DNA of 64,000 nucleotides from Planctomycetota bacterium (GTDB lineage Bacteria > Planctomycetota > UBA1135 > GCA-002686595), in contig JBGATX010000002.1 in the NCBI GenBank assembly GCA_044228975.1, positions 31,122-95,121 on the forward strand. The letters are read 5' to 3'. A program made the position numbers and the translations under genes. Shown here piece by piece: positions 1 through 9,381 of the stretch; positions within the stretch are counted from its first letter, which is position 1, and the number at the start of each line of letters is the position of its first letter. The notes beneath the pieces were generated by a model, which made no database searches, had not been told where the DNA came from, and worked only from the letters and a program-made list of their open reading frames with translations.

Positions 1-1500
1 CACGGGGATCGCGCCCGAAGCGATCAGGTCGTGCAGCACGTTGCCCGGACCGACGGAAGGCAGCTGATCGGGATCGCCGACGAGCACGAGGCGCGTCGGA
101 GGCTGGATCGCCTTCACGAGGTGATGCGCGAGCGTCACATCGAGCATCGAGATCTCGTCGACGACGACCAGATCGGCCTCCAGCGGATTGCGCGCGTCGT
201 GCAGGAAGCCGCCGTTCGCCGGTTCGAAGCCGAGCAGCCGATGGATCGTCTGCGCGTCGTGTCCGGTCGCTTCCGCGAGGCGCTTCGCCGCGCGGCCCGT
301 CGGAGACGCGAGCAAGACGCGCGCGCGCGCGCGGTGCGCGAGACGCACGAGCAGGCGCAGGATCGTCGTCTTGCCGACGCCCGGACCGCCGGTCAGCAGG
401 CCGACGGAGGTCGAGAGCAGTCCCACGACGGCCTCGCGCTGGCGCTCGTGCAGCTCGACGCCGAGCTCGCGCTCCGCCGTCGCGAGATCGCGCGCATCGG
501 CGAGTGCGCGCGTGATGCGCGCGGCGACGAGCCGTTTCAGGTTGCGCGCGAGCTCGCGCTCGCAGTAGGCGAGCTGCGGCAGGTAGACGCGCGCGTCGCG
601 GCCTTCGTGCTCGTCGAGGACGACCTCGTCGCCCGTGGCGAGCGTCGTGAGCGCGCTCGCCAGCGCCTCGTCGCCGATCGGCGCCGCGAGCAGCTCGCGC
701 GCCTGCGCGAAGAGCCTCGTTCGCGGGAGCAGCGTGTGGCCCTCGTCGGATGCGTGCTTCAGCGCGTGCAACAAGGCCGCTCGCAGCCGCCGCGGGTCGT
801 CGCTCGCGATGCCGAGGGTGTTCGCCAGGCGATCGGCGCTGGCGAAGCCGAAGCCGCTCACGGCTCCCGCGAGCTGGAACGGATTGGCGCGCAACGCCGT
901 CTCGCACTCCGGCCCCAGACGCTTGATCACCGCCGCGCTCTGCACCGGACCGAGTCCGAGCGAGCGCAGGAACGTGTGCGCGCGCGCGTTGCCGTGCTCG
1001 AGCAGCGCCGTGCGCACGAGCTCCTCGCGCACGCTCGCGCGCAGGCCGGCGATGCCCTCGAGCTTCTCGGGATGCGCGAGGATCTCCTCGACGACGTCGA
1101 CGCCGAGCTTGTCGACGATGCGCTCGGCGAGCTTCTCGCCCACGCCGTGGAAACGATCCGAGGCGAGGTAGCGGATCACGCCCAGGCGATCGTTGGGCGG
1201 CAGGACCTCGAGCGACTCGAATTCGAACTGCAGTCCGTGAGTCGCATTCGTGCGCCAGCTGCCTTGCAGTCGCACGCGCAGACCGGCGGCGGGAGCGTCG
1301 ACCTTGCCGACGGCGGTGACGCGCCCTGGCAGGAAACCTCGCTCGTCCTGGGGGAGGTCGTAACCCTTCTCCGGCAAAACCCTTAGCACCGAGTACAGCG
1401 AGGTCGCGTCGGCGTAGGTGACGCGCTCGATCGTGCCTTGAAGGACGACCGGCCGGCCTTCGCCGCCGCCCGCCGCCGCCCTGCGCGCCTCGCCGTCCAC
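1..1500 (-). CDS. recD2: RecD2/TraA-family ATP-dependent DNA helicase, N-terminal ~500 codons (3' end runs off the left edge)
   Basis: Absent from the ORF track because there is no stop in the window. My reverse-strand translation gives LQGTIERVTYADATSLYSVLRV, helix-hairpin-helix-like region, Walker A LLTGGPGVGKTT, VVVDEISMLD and LVLVGDPDQLPSVGPGNVLHDL at position 1. In-frame GTG at 1500 is the only start candidate I could see, so the start is uncertain. Confidence 0.85.
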   Translation of the reverse strand, partial: MDGEARRAAAGGGEGRPVVLQGTIERVTYADATSLYSVLRVLPEKGYDLPQDERGFLPGRVTAVGKVDAPAAGLRVRLQGSWRTNATHGLQFEFESLEVLPPNDRLGVIRYLASDRFHGVGEKLAERIVDKLGVDVVEEILAHPEKLEGIAGLRASVREELVRTALLEHGNARAHTFLRSLGLGPVQSAAVIKRLGPECETALRANPFQLAGAVSGFGFASADRLANTLGIASDDPRRLRAALLHALKHASDEGHTLLPRTRLFAQARELLAAPIGDEALASALTTLATGDEVVLDEHEGRDARVYLPQLAYCERELARNLKRLVAARITRALADARDLATAERELGVELHERQREAVVGLLSTSVGLLTGGPGVGKTTILRLLVRLAHRARARVLLASPTGRAAKRLAEATGHDAQTIHRLLGFEPANGGFLHDARNPLEADLVVVDEISMLDVTLAHHLVKAIQPPTRLVLVGDPDQLPSVGPGNVLHDLIASGAIPV

Positions 1501-1700
1501 GTCGAGAGAGGATGGCCGCGCTCGGGATGGGATTCCAGCGCACTCTTCACCCCGGCCGATGCAGGCGGTAGCCTCTTCGGCCCGAGTTTGGTGCCGCCCA
1601 CCCCTGGCAAGGGTCCGGCGCGCGAAACCGGCCCGCCGAACGTCCGTCCGTCCGACACGTCCGGTCTTCCGCTTCATCCGACCTCTCAAGGAACGCGCGC

Positions 1701-1940
1701 GTGATCAAGGTTCAGGTTCGCTCGAACGAATCCCTCGAAGCAGCTCTGCGGCGCTTCAAGCGCCAGTGCAACTACTCCGGCATCTTCCGCCTCGTCAAGG
1801 CGCACGCCGCGCACGAGAAGCGCTCCGATCGCCGCCGCCGCGAACGCCGCGAACGCCTGCGCACGATCCAGAAGTCGACGCGCAAGAACGACCCGAACGC
1901 ACGCCCGCCGTCGATGCGCCGCCGCCGCACGCGCGCGTGA
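1701..1940 (+). CDS. rpsU: 30S ribosomal protein S21
   Basis: 79-aa ORF with GTG start and AAGGAA about 7 nt upstream. MIKVQVRSNESLEAALRRFKRQCNYSGIF matches the S21 signature, followed by a basic tail. Confidence 0.9.
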   Translation: MIKVQVRSNESLEAALRRFKRQCNYSGIFRLVKAHAAHEKRSDRRRRERRERLRTIQKSTRKNDPNARPPSMRRRRTRA

Positions 1941-2125
1941 GCTCGACCCGGCGCGCCTGACGGAGGCGCCAAAGGTCCCCGAGAACCCGGCTCGCCCGGG
2001 TTCTTTCGTCGGTGCGCAAACCGAGCTCGGCCCTCCCTCGCGCATCGACCGGCGGCAACCACGCGGGCAATCGGCCCGCTCGCTGGCGCGCACGCCTCGC
2101 GCGGCGATGATGGATCGGATCCGAG

Positions 2126-3184
2126 ATGGGCATCTTTCCCAAAGACCGCGACCTGACGCGCGCTCCGACCCAGGTGGAGCTCGATGTCGATTGCAGCGAC
2201 CTGCGCATGAAGGCCTCGGAGGTGCACATCCGCCTCGATGCGTTCCTCTCGCGGCACTTGTCGTGGCGCTCGCGCACGTCGATCCAGGGTCTGATCCACG
2301 ACGGCTTCGTGCTGGTCGATGCCAGCACGCCCGAAGCTCCGCGCGGCACGGGACGGACGCGCACGGAGACGCGGCCGGGCCGCAAGCTGCGCCACGGCTC
2401 GAAGGTCGTGGTCGTGATCCCCGAGGAGCTGCGCGTGCCGATGCTCGAGAGGAGCAGCGACGAGCTCGTCGTGCTCTTCGAGGACGAGGCGATCCTGGCT
2501 GTCGACAAGCCGGCGAACGTGCCGGTGCATCCGTCGGGGCGCCATCTCAGCGACACGCTCATCCAGCGCGTGCACGCGCGCTACGGCGAGGGTTTCGAGC
2601 TCGAACGCGGTGGCGCGCCGCGCTTGTGCCATCGCCTCGATCGCGAGACGAGCGGCATCGTGCTCATCGGCAAGCACCCCGAGGCGCACGCCGACGTCAT
2701 GAAGCAGTTCGAACGCCGCAAGGTCGACAAGGAGTACCTGGCGATCGTCGCCGGCGTGCCCGATCGCGACGGCGGCGTGATCGACATCCCGCTCGGCCCC
2801 GCGCGAGTGAGCGCGATCGAGCTCAAGATCTCCGTCGCGGTCGACGGCTGGCCCTCGCGGACGGATTGGCGCGTCGTGTCGCGTCATCGCGACTGCACGC
2901 TCGTGAGCTGCTCGCCGTTCACCGGCCGCCAGCATCAGATCCGCGTGCACTTGCAGGCCATCGGGCACCCGGTGATCGGCGACAAGATCTACGGGCCGGA
3001 CGAAGCGCTGTTCCAGAAGAGCCTCGACGGCGAGCTCGACGCGCGCGATCTCGAGCAGCTCGGTCTTCCGCGCCATGCGCTGCACAACCATCGCGTCGCG
3101 TTCCGTTCGCCGGCCTCGGGCGAGCGCGTCGAGGTCGTCAGCCCGCTGCCCGACGACATGCGCCGCTATCTCGACGCGCACTGA
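2126..3184 (+). CDS. rluD: RluA/RluD-family 23S rRNA pseudouridine synthase
   Basis: S4-like N-terminus (IRLDAFLSRHL...SIQGLIHDGFVLVD), catalytic HRLDRETSGIVL, KEYLAIVAG, and HQIRVHLQAIGHPVIGDKIYG. Confidence 0.9.
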   Translation: MGIFPKDRDLTRAPTQVELDVDCSDLRMKASEVHIRLDAFLSRHLSWRSRTSIQGLIHDGFVLVDASTPEAPRGTGRTRTETRPGRKLRHGSKVVVVIPEELRVPMLERSSDELVVLFEDEAILAVDKPANVPVHPSGRHLSDTLIQRVHARYGEGFELERGGAPRLCHRLDRETSGIVLIGKHPEAHADVMKQFERRKVDKEYLAIVAGVPDRDGGVIDIPLGPARVSAIELKISVAVDGWPSRTDWRVVSRHRDCTLVSCSPFTGRQHQIRVHLQAIGHPVIGDKIYGPDEALFQKSLDGELDARDLEQLGLPRHALHNHRVAFRSPASGERVEVVSPLPDDMRRYLDAH

Positions 3185-3193
3185 GCGCGCGAT

Positions 3194-3604
3194 TCACGTC
3201 CCGTCGTGCGTGCTGACGCCGACGTTGGCCAGGCCGACGCGCATGCACTCGTCGAGCACGTGCACGACCTGCTCCAGCTGCGAACGCCGATCGCCGCGCA
3301 CGGTCACCGGCGTCGCCGCGTCGCGTCGCACGGTCTCCGTGAGCACGCTGGCGAGCTCGCTGGCGTCGACGCGGCGCCCGTCGATCCACATCTGGCCGTC
3401 GAGCGCCACGTTGATCACGAGCTCGCGCCCGTTCACCGGTGCGCGATCGGCGTGGCTCGCGGTCGGCAGCTCGAGGCCGAGCAGGCGCTCGCGCTCGAGG
3501 AACGTCGTGGCGAGCATGAAGAACACGAGCAGCGTGAACACGACGTCGATCATCGGCGTCAGGTTGATCGCGGGCTCGTCGGCGTCGCCTTCGTGGAGCT
3601 TCAT
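3194..3604 (-). CDS. exbD: ExbD/TolR-family biopolymer transport protein
   Basis: 136 aa. INLTPMIDVVFTLLVFFM is a single N-terminal TM helix followed by a periplasmic domain, and the gene sits directly downstream of the ExbB-like gene. Confidence 0.85.
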   Translation of the reverse strand: MKLHEGDADEPAINLTPMIDVVFTLLVFFMLATTFLERERLLGLELPTASHADRAPVNGRELVINVALDGQMWIDGRRVDASELASVLTETVRRDAATPVTVRGDRRSQLEQVVHVLDECMRVGLANVGVSTHDGT

Positions 3605-3608
3605 GGGC

Positions 3609-4373
3609 TCAGCTGCTCCCCGCCGCGGCGGAAACGAGGCCCGCGGGAAGACCGGGCTCGGGCGACGGCGGGCGCACGCTCGCGCTCGCGTCGTGGCGCA
3701 GCGGTTGTCCGTGCAGCTCGAGCAGGTTCTCGCCGAAGCCCTCGACGCGCCGGCCGAAACGGTCGATCTTCGCGCGCAGCCAGAAGTACGCCGCTTGCGT
3801 CGGGATCGCGATGACGAGGCCCGTCGCGGTCGTGACCAGCGCCTGCGCGATGCCCGCGGAGAGCGCTTCGGGTTTGCCCATCGCGTTGGAGAGCGCGATG
3901 TCGCGGAACGCGATGATGATGCCGATCACCGTGCCGAGCAGTCCGAGCAACGGTGCGAGCACCGCGATCACCGTCAACGGACGCAGCGACGCGACGAGCG
4001 TGCGCACCTCGCGCGCGCCGGCGTCCTCCGCGGCTTTCTCGAGCGCCGGACGGGCCTCGTTCCAGCGCTTGAACACGGGCTCGAACACGGTGCCGAGCGC
4101 CTTGCGGCTCGAGCGCGCCGTCTCGAGCGCGCGCGCGGGCCCGCCCTCGCGCACGGCGGCGAGCATGCGTTCCTCGAACGCGTGGTTGCCGAGCGCGCCG
4201 CTGCGCAGGCGCACGAAGCGCTCGATCGTCCACGCGAGCGCGATCACCGAGCACAAGCCGAGCGGGATCATCACCGGTCCGCCGTGGATCAGCGTTTCGA
4301 GCACGGAATCCATGTGGAACGACCCGCCGGCGGGCGGAGTCGGCGCGGGTGTCTGCACGAGCATCGAGATCAT
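3609..4373 (-). CDS. exbB: MotA/TolQ/ExbB-family proton channel protein
   Basis: C-terminal 254 codons of track ORF 3609..5765. Three TM segments (PVMIPLGLCSVIALAW, LAPLLGLLGTVIGIIIAF, AQALVTTATGLVIAIP). ATG at 4373 (alternative ATG 4313). The upstream part of the track ORF is Arg-rich shadow. Confidence 0.85.
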   Translation of the reverse strand: MISMLVQTPAPTPPAGGSFHMDSVLETLIHGGPVMIPLGLCSVIALAWTIERFVRLRSGALGNHAFEERMLAAVREGGPARALETARSSRKALGTVFEPVFKRWNEARPALEKAAEDAGAREVRTLVASLRPLTVIAVLAPLLGLLGTVIGIIIAFRDIALSNAMGKPEALSAGIAQALVTTATGLVIAIPTQAAYFWLRAKIDRFGRRVEGFGENLLELHGQPLRHDASASVRPPSPEPGLPAGLVSAAAGSS

Positions 4374-4576
4374 GGGAGGAGCCGTCGAAGTGGGCCTGCA
4401 CGCTCGCTCGGCGAGTTGCGCGAACGGATCTCGCGCTCGCGCGGAGCGTTCGTCGCGCTCTCGTCGCCGCGGTGGCGACACGCGGTGCGCGCGACGGCTC
4501 CGTGATACTACCCAGGTAGTTTTTGGGCCAGCTCCGCGCCGCCTGGAACCTGTACGAGGTGTGTAGGCGCGTTGCG

Positions 4577-5809
4577 CTACTTGTCGATGCGCGGCGCGTC
4601 GTACTTCGCCTGCGGGTCGACGGGCTGCGCGTAGGCCGAGTTCCAGCCGTCGGCGAACACGCGCTCGAGCTGCTTCGCGAAACTCGCGCCCTCGACGATC
4701 AGCCCGACGTTGCGGCTCTCGTAGAAGTAGTCGCGTTCCCAGTTGCTCGTGCCGATCCAGGCCGATTGCCCGTCCACGACCATGTACTTGGCGTGCACGA
4801 CGCGCGCGAACGGGATGAAGCCGCCCGACCACGGCGGGATCGTGACGAGCCTGATCTCGACGTTGTCGAGCGGCTCGAGCGCTTGCAGGCCCTCGATCGT
4901 GCCGCGGCGCTTGCACCAGTCGGCGAGGAGCAGTTGCACCTTCACTCCGCGCGCGGCGGCGCGGCGCAGGGCGTCCTCGAGCTCGTTCCACGGGCTCTTG
5001 TCGCGCGCCGTCATCTTGTAGGTGAGCAGCTGCACGCGCACGTGCTCGCGAGCGCTGTCGATGAGCTCGAGCAGGCGCGGCAGATCCCACGCGACTTGCG
5101 CAGGCAGCCGCTGCTCCGGGCTGGCGGTGGCGAGCACCGTCAGCTGCTCGGCGCCCGCGCCGACGGTCTCCGCCGGTTCCGCGGCGCGCGAGACGGAGCG
5201 CATCGCCGCGTCCGCGTCCGCGTTCGCGGCGAGTTGCCAGTCGAACTCGAAGACATCGCGCAGACACGCGACCGCGCCGGGGAGGCGCACGCGCACGCCG
5301 AGCTCCTGGATGTGCTCGAGCGAGCGCCAGTCGAGGTTCTGGCTGCCGAGGTACGCGTCGCGCGCGTCGACGACGAAGTACTTGGCGTGCAGGATGCCCG
5401 AATCGAAACGGATGCGGCGGACCTCGATGTTCGCGGGGAGCTTCGCGAAGCCGTCGATGAGCTCGGGATACGTGGCGTAGAACTTTTCCTCGAAGAGCAG
5501 GCGCACCTTCACGCCGCGCGCGGCCGCGCGCTCGATGCTCTTCAAGATCGGTCCGAGGCGCGATCCGGGTTGGTCGCTGGCATAGAACTCCGCCATTTCG
5601 AGGCTCGTGCGCGCTCCATCGATCATCTCGAGCCACACGTCGGCCGCATCGGGGATATCGGCGTGATCGAGCGTCGTTTCGACCGGGAAGCTCTCGACGA
5701 GTTGAATCGGCGGGGTTTCCGGCGCGCTCGTCGCCTTGTGCACGAGCGCGGGCGGCGTGGAGCACGCGACGATCGATGCGAGCAGCACGAACGAGAAGCG
5801 CGAGTTCAT
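4577..5809 (-). CDS. phospholipase D-family lipoprotein (two HKD motifs)
   Basis: C-terminal 410 codons of track ORF 4577..7375. Lipobox signal MNSRFSFVLLASIVAC. HKD motifs HAKYFVVDARDAYLGSQNLD and HAKYMVVDGQSAWIGTSNWE. The ATG at 5809 overlaps the upstream stop as ATGA. Confidence 0.85.
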   Translation of the reverse strand: MNSRFSFVLLASIVACSTPPALVHKATSAPETPPIQLVESFPVETTLDHADIPDAADVWLEMIDGARTSLEMAEFYASDQPGSRLGPILKSIERAAARGVKVRLLFEEKFYATYPELIDGFAKLPANIEVRRIRFDSGILHAKYFVVDARDAYLGSQNLDWRSLEHIQELGVRVRLPGAVACLRDVFEFDWQLAANADADAAMRSVSRAAEPAETVGAGAEQLTVLATASPEQRLPAQVAWDLPRLLELIDSAREHVRVQLLTYKMTARDKSPWNELEDALRRAAARGVKVQLLLADWCKRRGTIEGLQALEPLDNVEIRLVTIPPWSGGFIPFARVVHAKYMVVDGQSAWIGTSNWERDYFYESRNVGLIVEGASFAKQLERVFADGWNSAYAQPVDPQAKYDAPRIDK

Positions 5810-7290
5810 GACATGTCCTCGAACAGGGATGCGCGCCGCGCGAGCAGCCGCGCGAGGCCGATCAAGCCGACGCACGCGAGCACGCAGGCCCACCAGGTCG
5901 TGATCCACGCCCAGGCGGCGATGGAAGTCAGCGTCAGGCCCAGCGCGATCGCCATGAACGGGCCGGTCCAGTCCATGGGCATCTCGATCTCCTGCGCCGA
6001 CACGGAAAGCGGGAGGTTGCGCGCGAACTGCGGATAGACCTGGCGCAACACGATCCAGCCGAAGAGCACGGCGGGCAGGCTCAGTCGCAACGCGAAGAAG
6101 AAGTCGATCTGCGCCCACGCGAGCGCGAAGAGCAGCGCGTACAGCGGCAGCAGGAAGCGCAGCGCGACCGCCTTGAGAGCGCCCTCGTCGATGTGCTCGC
6201 GCGCGGTGGGCGCGGTGTCGAGGATCCAGCGCGCTTCGTGGCTCGCACTCGCCGGCACGTGCGCGAGCAGCACGGGCAGGTAGATCGGCGGCGTGAAGAG
6301 CAGGAGCGACATCAAGGCCTCGCGCATCGGCCCCGCGCTCTCGTTCGCGCCCGCGGCGAGGAACGCCATCGGGATGCCGAGCATCGGGTAGCTGCGCAAC
6401 ACGAACTCGCGCTCGAGCGGCAGCGCGTCGTAGACGAGATCGAAGCTCGCGCGCTCGCGAGCGCGCAACCACACGCGCGCGGCGAAGGCGCGCGCGGGCG
6501 CGAGCAGGAACGACATCCATGTCCCCGTGCGACGCGCGCGCGGCGCGGGCGGCAACGGCGCGAAGAAGAGCACGAGCAGCGCTGTCGCGAGAGCGAGTCC
6601 CGCGGGCCAGAGCGGTTGGACCGTCGCACCGGCGCACAGCGCGGCGAACCACGCCGGCGGAGTCGCGCGGGCGAGCTGCGGCAGGCTCTCGAAACCGGTC
6701 CACTCGCGCGCCAGCGGCACGAAACGCGGCACGACGACGAGGCCCGCGATGACGAACGCGACGAGCAGGGTCTGCAAGCCGACGAGCAACGCCTCCGCGC
6801 GCTCGCCGACGGCGGCCTGCAACCCCAGCAGCACGGCGGCGATCACGACCGCCTGCGCGAGGCCCGCGACGATCAAGAGCAAGCGCGCTCCCGCGCCGAA
6901 ACCGTCGGGCGCGAGCACGCTCGCGGGCAGGAGCGATGCCGACGAGAGCGCCGCGAGCAGCGTCATCACGAGCAGGATGCGCGCGAGGCGCAACTCGCTC
7001 CTGCGCACGGGCTGCGCCTCGATCCACTCCGCGGACGAATCGGCGCGCAGCAGCCAGCCCAGTTCGCCGAGCAGCGGGAGCGCGAGCGTCGCCGCCGACA
7101 ACGCGAGCGCGAGCAACGCGTAGCCGTATCCCGGCAGCGTGTCGCGCACGAGCCCGCACAAGAGCGCCGTCAGCGATCCGTGGATCACCAGCGGCCCGAC
7201 GGGCCACTGTCCGCGCGCCCAGGTCGATTGACAGCCCGCTCGAAACACAGCCAGCGTGCGCTGGATGGAGCTGGGCGGCGTGTTCGACAT
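5806..7290 (-). CDS. polytopic integral membrane protein, function unknown
   Basis: 494-aa ORF with many hydrophobic helices along its length (for example LLLIVAGLAQAVVIAAVLLGL, LLPLYALLFALAWAQIDFFFAL). Its stop overlaps the PLD start by 4 nt. I recognised no family motif. Confidence 0.7.
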   Translation of the reverse strand: MSNTPPSSIQRTLAVFRAGCQSTWARGQWPVGPLVIHGSLTALLCGLVRDTLPGYGYALLALALSAATLALPLLGELGWLLRADSSAEWIEAQPVRRSELRLARILLVMTLLAALSSASLLPASVLAPDGFGAGARLLLIVAGLAQAVVIAAVLLGLQAAVGERAEALLVGLQTLLVAFVIAGLVVVPRFVPLAREWTGFESLPQLARATPPAWFAALCAGATVQPLWPAGLALATALLVLFFAPLPPAPRARRTGTWMSFLLAPARAFAARVWLRARERASFDLVYDALPLEREFVLRSYPMLGIPMAFLAAGANESAGPMREALMSLLLFTPPIYLPVLLAHVPASASHEARWILDTAPTAREHIDEGALKAVALRFLLPLYALLFALAWAQIDFFFALRLSLPAVLFGWIVLRQVYPQFARNLPLSVSAQEIEMPMDWTGPFMAIALGLTLTSIAAWAWITTWWACVLACVGLIGLARLLARRASLFEDMS

Positions 7291-7361
7291 GCTCGCGCGG
7301 TGCGCGGCGAGAAGCTCCGACGTTGGAGCGTCCGCGCGGCGGCCCTACAGTACGCGCTTCG

Positions 7362-7997
7362 ATGGAGCTCTTCATCCCCGGTCCGGCCGGAAGGCTCGAA
7401 GCGGTCTTGTGGGAGCCTTCCGACAGGCTTGCACCGCGCGCCGCGGCCGTGTTCTGTCATCCGCATCCGCTCTTCGGCGGCACGTTGAACAACAACGTCG
7501 TCTTCCGCGCCGCGCGCGGGTTGCAGAACGCAGGGCTCGCGGTGCTGCGCTTCAATTTCCGCGGCGTGCAGCGCAGCGAAGGCGAGCACCATGGAAGGGG
7601 CGGCGAGGCCGACGACCTGGGCGCGGCGCTGGGGTGGATGAGCGCGCGCCATCCACAGCTCGAATTGTGGGCGGGCGGATTCTCCTTCGGCGCGCGCACG
7701 GCCGCGCAGCGCGCCGTCGACGACGCGCGCATCCGCAAGGTCGTGCTCGTCGCGCTGCCGGTGCGCAAGTTCGACTGCGGCTTCTTGCGCAGCGTGACCC
7801 AGCCCGGTCTGATCCTCATGGCGGGCAACGACGAGTACGGCACGCTGCCGGAGCTGCGCGCGCAGTTTCCCGGCCTTTCGCCCGCGCTGGAGCTCGACGA
7901 GGTTCCCGACGTCGGGCATTTCTTCGAAGGCGCGACGCAGGTGGTCACCGAACGCGTGCGCGCCTGGTCCGTCCGTCACCTGGAGCGATCGACATGA
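7362..7997 (+). CDS. alpha/beta-fold hydrolase
   Basis: ATG 7362 within track ORF 6936..7997. MELFIPGPAGRLEAVLWEP...AVFCHPHPLFGGTLNN, nucleophile elbow GFSFGA, and C-terminal DVGHFF. The upstream part of the track ORF is shadow. Confidence 0.75.
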   Translation: MELFIPGPAGRLEAVLWEPSDRLAPRAAAVFCHPHPLFGGTLNNNVVFRAARGLQNAGLAVLRFNFRGVQRSEGEHHGRGGEADDLGAALGWMSARHPQLELWAGGFSFGARTAAQRAVDDARIRKVVLVALPVRKFDCGFLRSVTQPGLILMAGNDEYGTLPELRAQFPGLSPALELDEVPDVGHFFEGATQVVTERVRAWSVRHLERST

Positions 7998-8413
7998 GCC
8001 TGCCGAACGTCCCGAGCTTCCCGCACGACAAGGTGCCCGCGATCCGTCAGCTCATGATGCCGCGCGACACGAACGCGCTCGGGACGATCTTCGGCGGCGT
8101 GATCCTGTCGGAGATCGACTTGGCGGCCGCGATCGAGGCGCACAAGTCGCATCCGGCGAAGATCGTCACCGTCGCGATGGACAAGATCGAGTTCAAGGCG
8201 CCCGTGTTCGTCGGCGACGCGGTGTCGTTCTTCACCGAGACCACGCGCGTGGGCCGCACGTCGATCACCGTGCACGTGTCCGTGTGGGCGCAGCGCCGCT
8301 TCGGTTCGGGTGAGTTCGCGCACGTCACCGAAGCGGACGTGACCATGGTCGCCGTCGACGATCAGTTCAAACCGACGCCGATCCTGAATCCCAAGGGCGC
8401 CGCGATGCGTTGA
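7994..8413 (+). CDS. hotdog-fold acyl-CoA thioesterase (YciA-like)
   Basis: ATG 7994 overlaps the hydrolase stop (ATGA). LMMPRDTNALGTIFGGVILSEIDLAAAI...GRTSITVHVSVWA is typical of the acyl-CoA thioester hydrolase family. Confidence 0.85.
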   Translation: MSLPNVPSFPHDKVPAIRQLMMPRDTNALGTIFGGVILSEIDLAAAIEAHKSHPAKIVTVAMDKIEFKAPVFVGDAVSFFTETTRVGRTSITVHVSVWAQRRFGSGEFAHVTEADVTMVAVDDQFKPTPILNPKGAAMR

Positions 8414-8483
8414 GCTCGTCCAGCGGCGCGCGCTTGCGCCGTTCGGGCGGGTCCGCGCGTGGAGTCGCGAGCTCGCCGGCCGC

Positions 8484-9272
8484 TCAACTTCGATTCGGGC
8501 GCGCGGGATCCGGTCCGAGCAGCGCGAGCGCCTGCGCGTGCGGGTCGGCACCGTGGGTCAGCGCGCCGAAGACCTGCTCCAGCGTGCCGTCGCGTCCGGC
8601 GCGCGTGCGCAGCTCGTCCATCGTGCCGAGCGCGACCAGCCGGCCGTGATCGATGACCGCCATGCGCGTGCACACCCGTTCGGCGATGTCGAGCAGGTGC
8701 GAGGTGTAGAGCACGGCCCCGCCGCGCGCGGCCCAGGTGGCGAGCACCTCCTTGATGATGGCGGTCGTCGCCGCGTCGAGCCCGTTCAGCGGCTCGTCGA
8801 GGATCAGGAGCGGCGCACGCGGCAGCAACGCGCAAGCGAGGGCCGTCTTCTGACGCATGCCGCGCGAAAAGGTGCCGACCGGGTCGTCGATGCGAGGACC
8901 CAGGTCGAGCGCGTCGAGCAGGCGCCGGCTCTCCGTATCGATGCGCTCCTCGTCGAGACCGTGCAGCCGGCCGACGAGGCTCAGGTGCTGGCGCGGGCTC
9001 AGGTTGGCGTACAGCGGCGCGCCGTCGGGCACGAACGCGAAGCGGCGCCGCGCTCCCACCGGGTCTGCGCGCACGTCGACGCCATCGATCGATACGTGGC
9101 CTTCGGTGGGGGTGAGCAGCCCGCACAGGATGCGCAGCGCAGTCGTCTTCCCCGCTCCGTTGGGACCGAGGAGGCCGAAGACCTCGCCAGCATGGATTTC
9201 GAGCTCGAGCCCCTCGAGCGCCGTGGTCGTTCCGAAGCGGTGGCTCACCGCGCGCATCTGGACCAACGTCAT
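8484..9272 (-). CDS. ABC transporter ATP-binding protein (ABC-2/DrrA-like), no adjacent permease
   Basis: Walker A GPNGAGKTT, signature FSRGMRQK, Walker B LLILDEPLNGLD, H-loop YTSHLL. Confidence 0.9.
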   Translation of the reverse strand: MTLVQMRAVSHRFGTTTALEGLELEIHAGEVFGLLGPNGAGKTTALRILCGLLTPTEGHVSIDGVDVRADPVGARRRFAFVPDGAPLYANLSPRQHLSLVGRLHGLDEERIDTESRRLLDALDLGPRIDDPVGTFSRGMRQKTALACALLPRAPLLILDEPLNGLDAATTAIIKEVLATWAARGGAVLYTSHLLDIAERVCTRMAVIDHGRLVALGTMDELRTRAGRDGTLEQVFGALTHGADPHAQALALLGPDPARPNRS

Positions 9273-9381
9273 CGTCGCGGCAGCCTAACCGGTGCACATC
9301 GCGAGTCGTGCGCGTCGACCCGGCCGTGACCTGGCACGGATCGCCGATCCGTCGGACGTCATCGCGCTATGGACGCGTCGA

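Noticed and set aside
31-1386. 451-aa plus-strand ORF at the left edge
   Set aside because: The opposite strand encodes a clear RecD2-type helicase (GGPGVGKTT, VGDPDQLPSVGPG). The plus-strand product is Arg/Ala/Glu junk.
1705-1740. tRNA T-arm-like string GGTTCGCTCGAACGAATCC
   Set aside because: It lies inside the rpsU coding sequence (KVQVRSNES), and I could not fold acceptor or anticodon arms around it.
4501-4530. AT-rich patch (minus strand CCAAAAACTACCTGGGTAGTATCAC) upstream of exbB, considered as a promoter
   Set aside because: TAGTAT could serve as a -10 element, but I found no acceptable -35 at 16-18 nt spacing. Too weak to list as a feature.
3609-7375. Long forms of track ORFs 3609..5765 (718 aa) and 4577..7375 (932 aa)
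   Set aside because: Only the C-terminal 254 and 410 codons carry ExbB and PLD features. The N-terminal extensions are Arg-rich read-through that overlaps other real genes in other frames.
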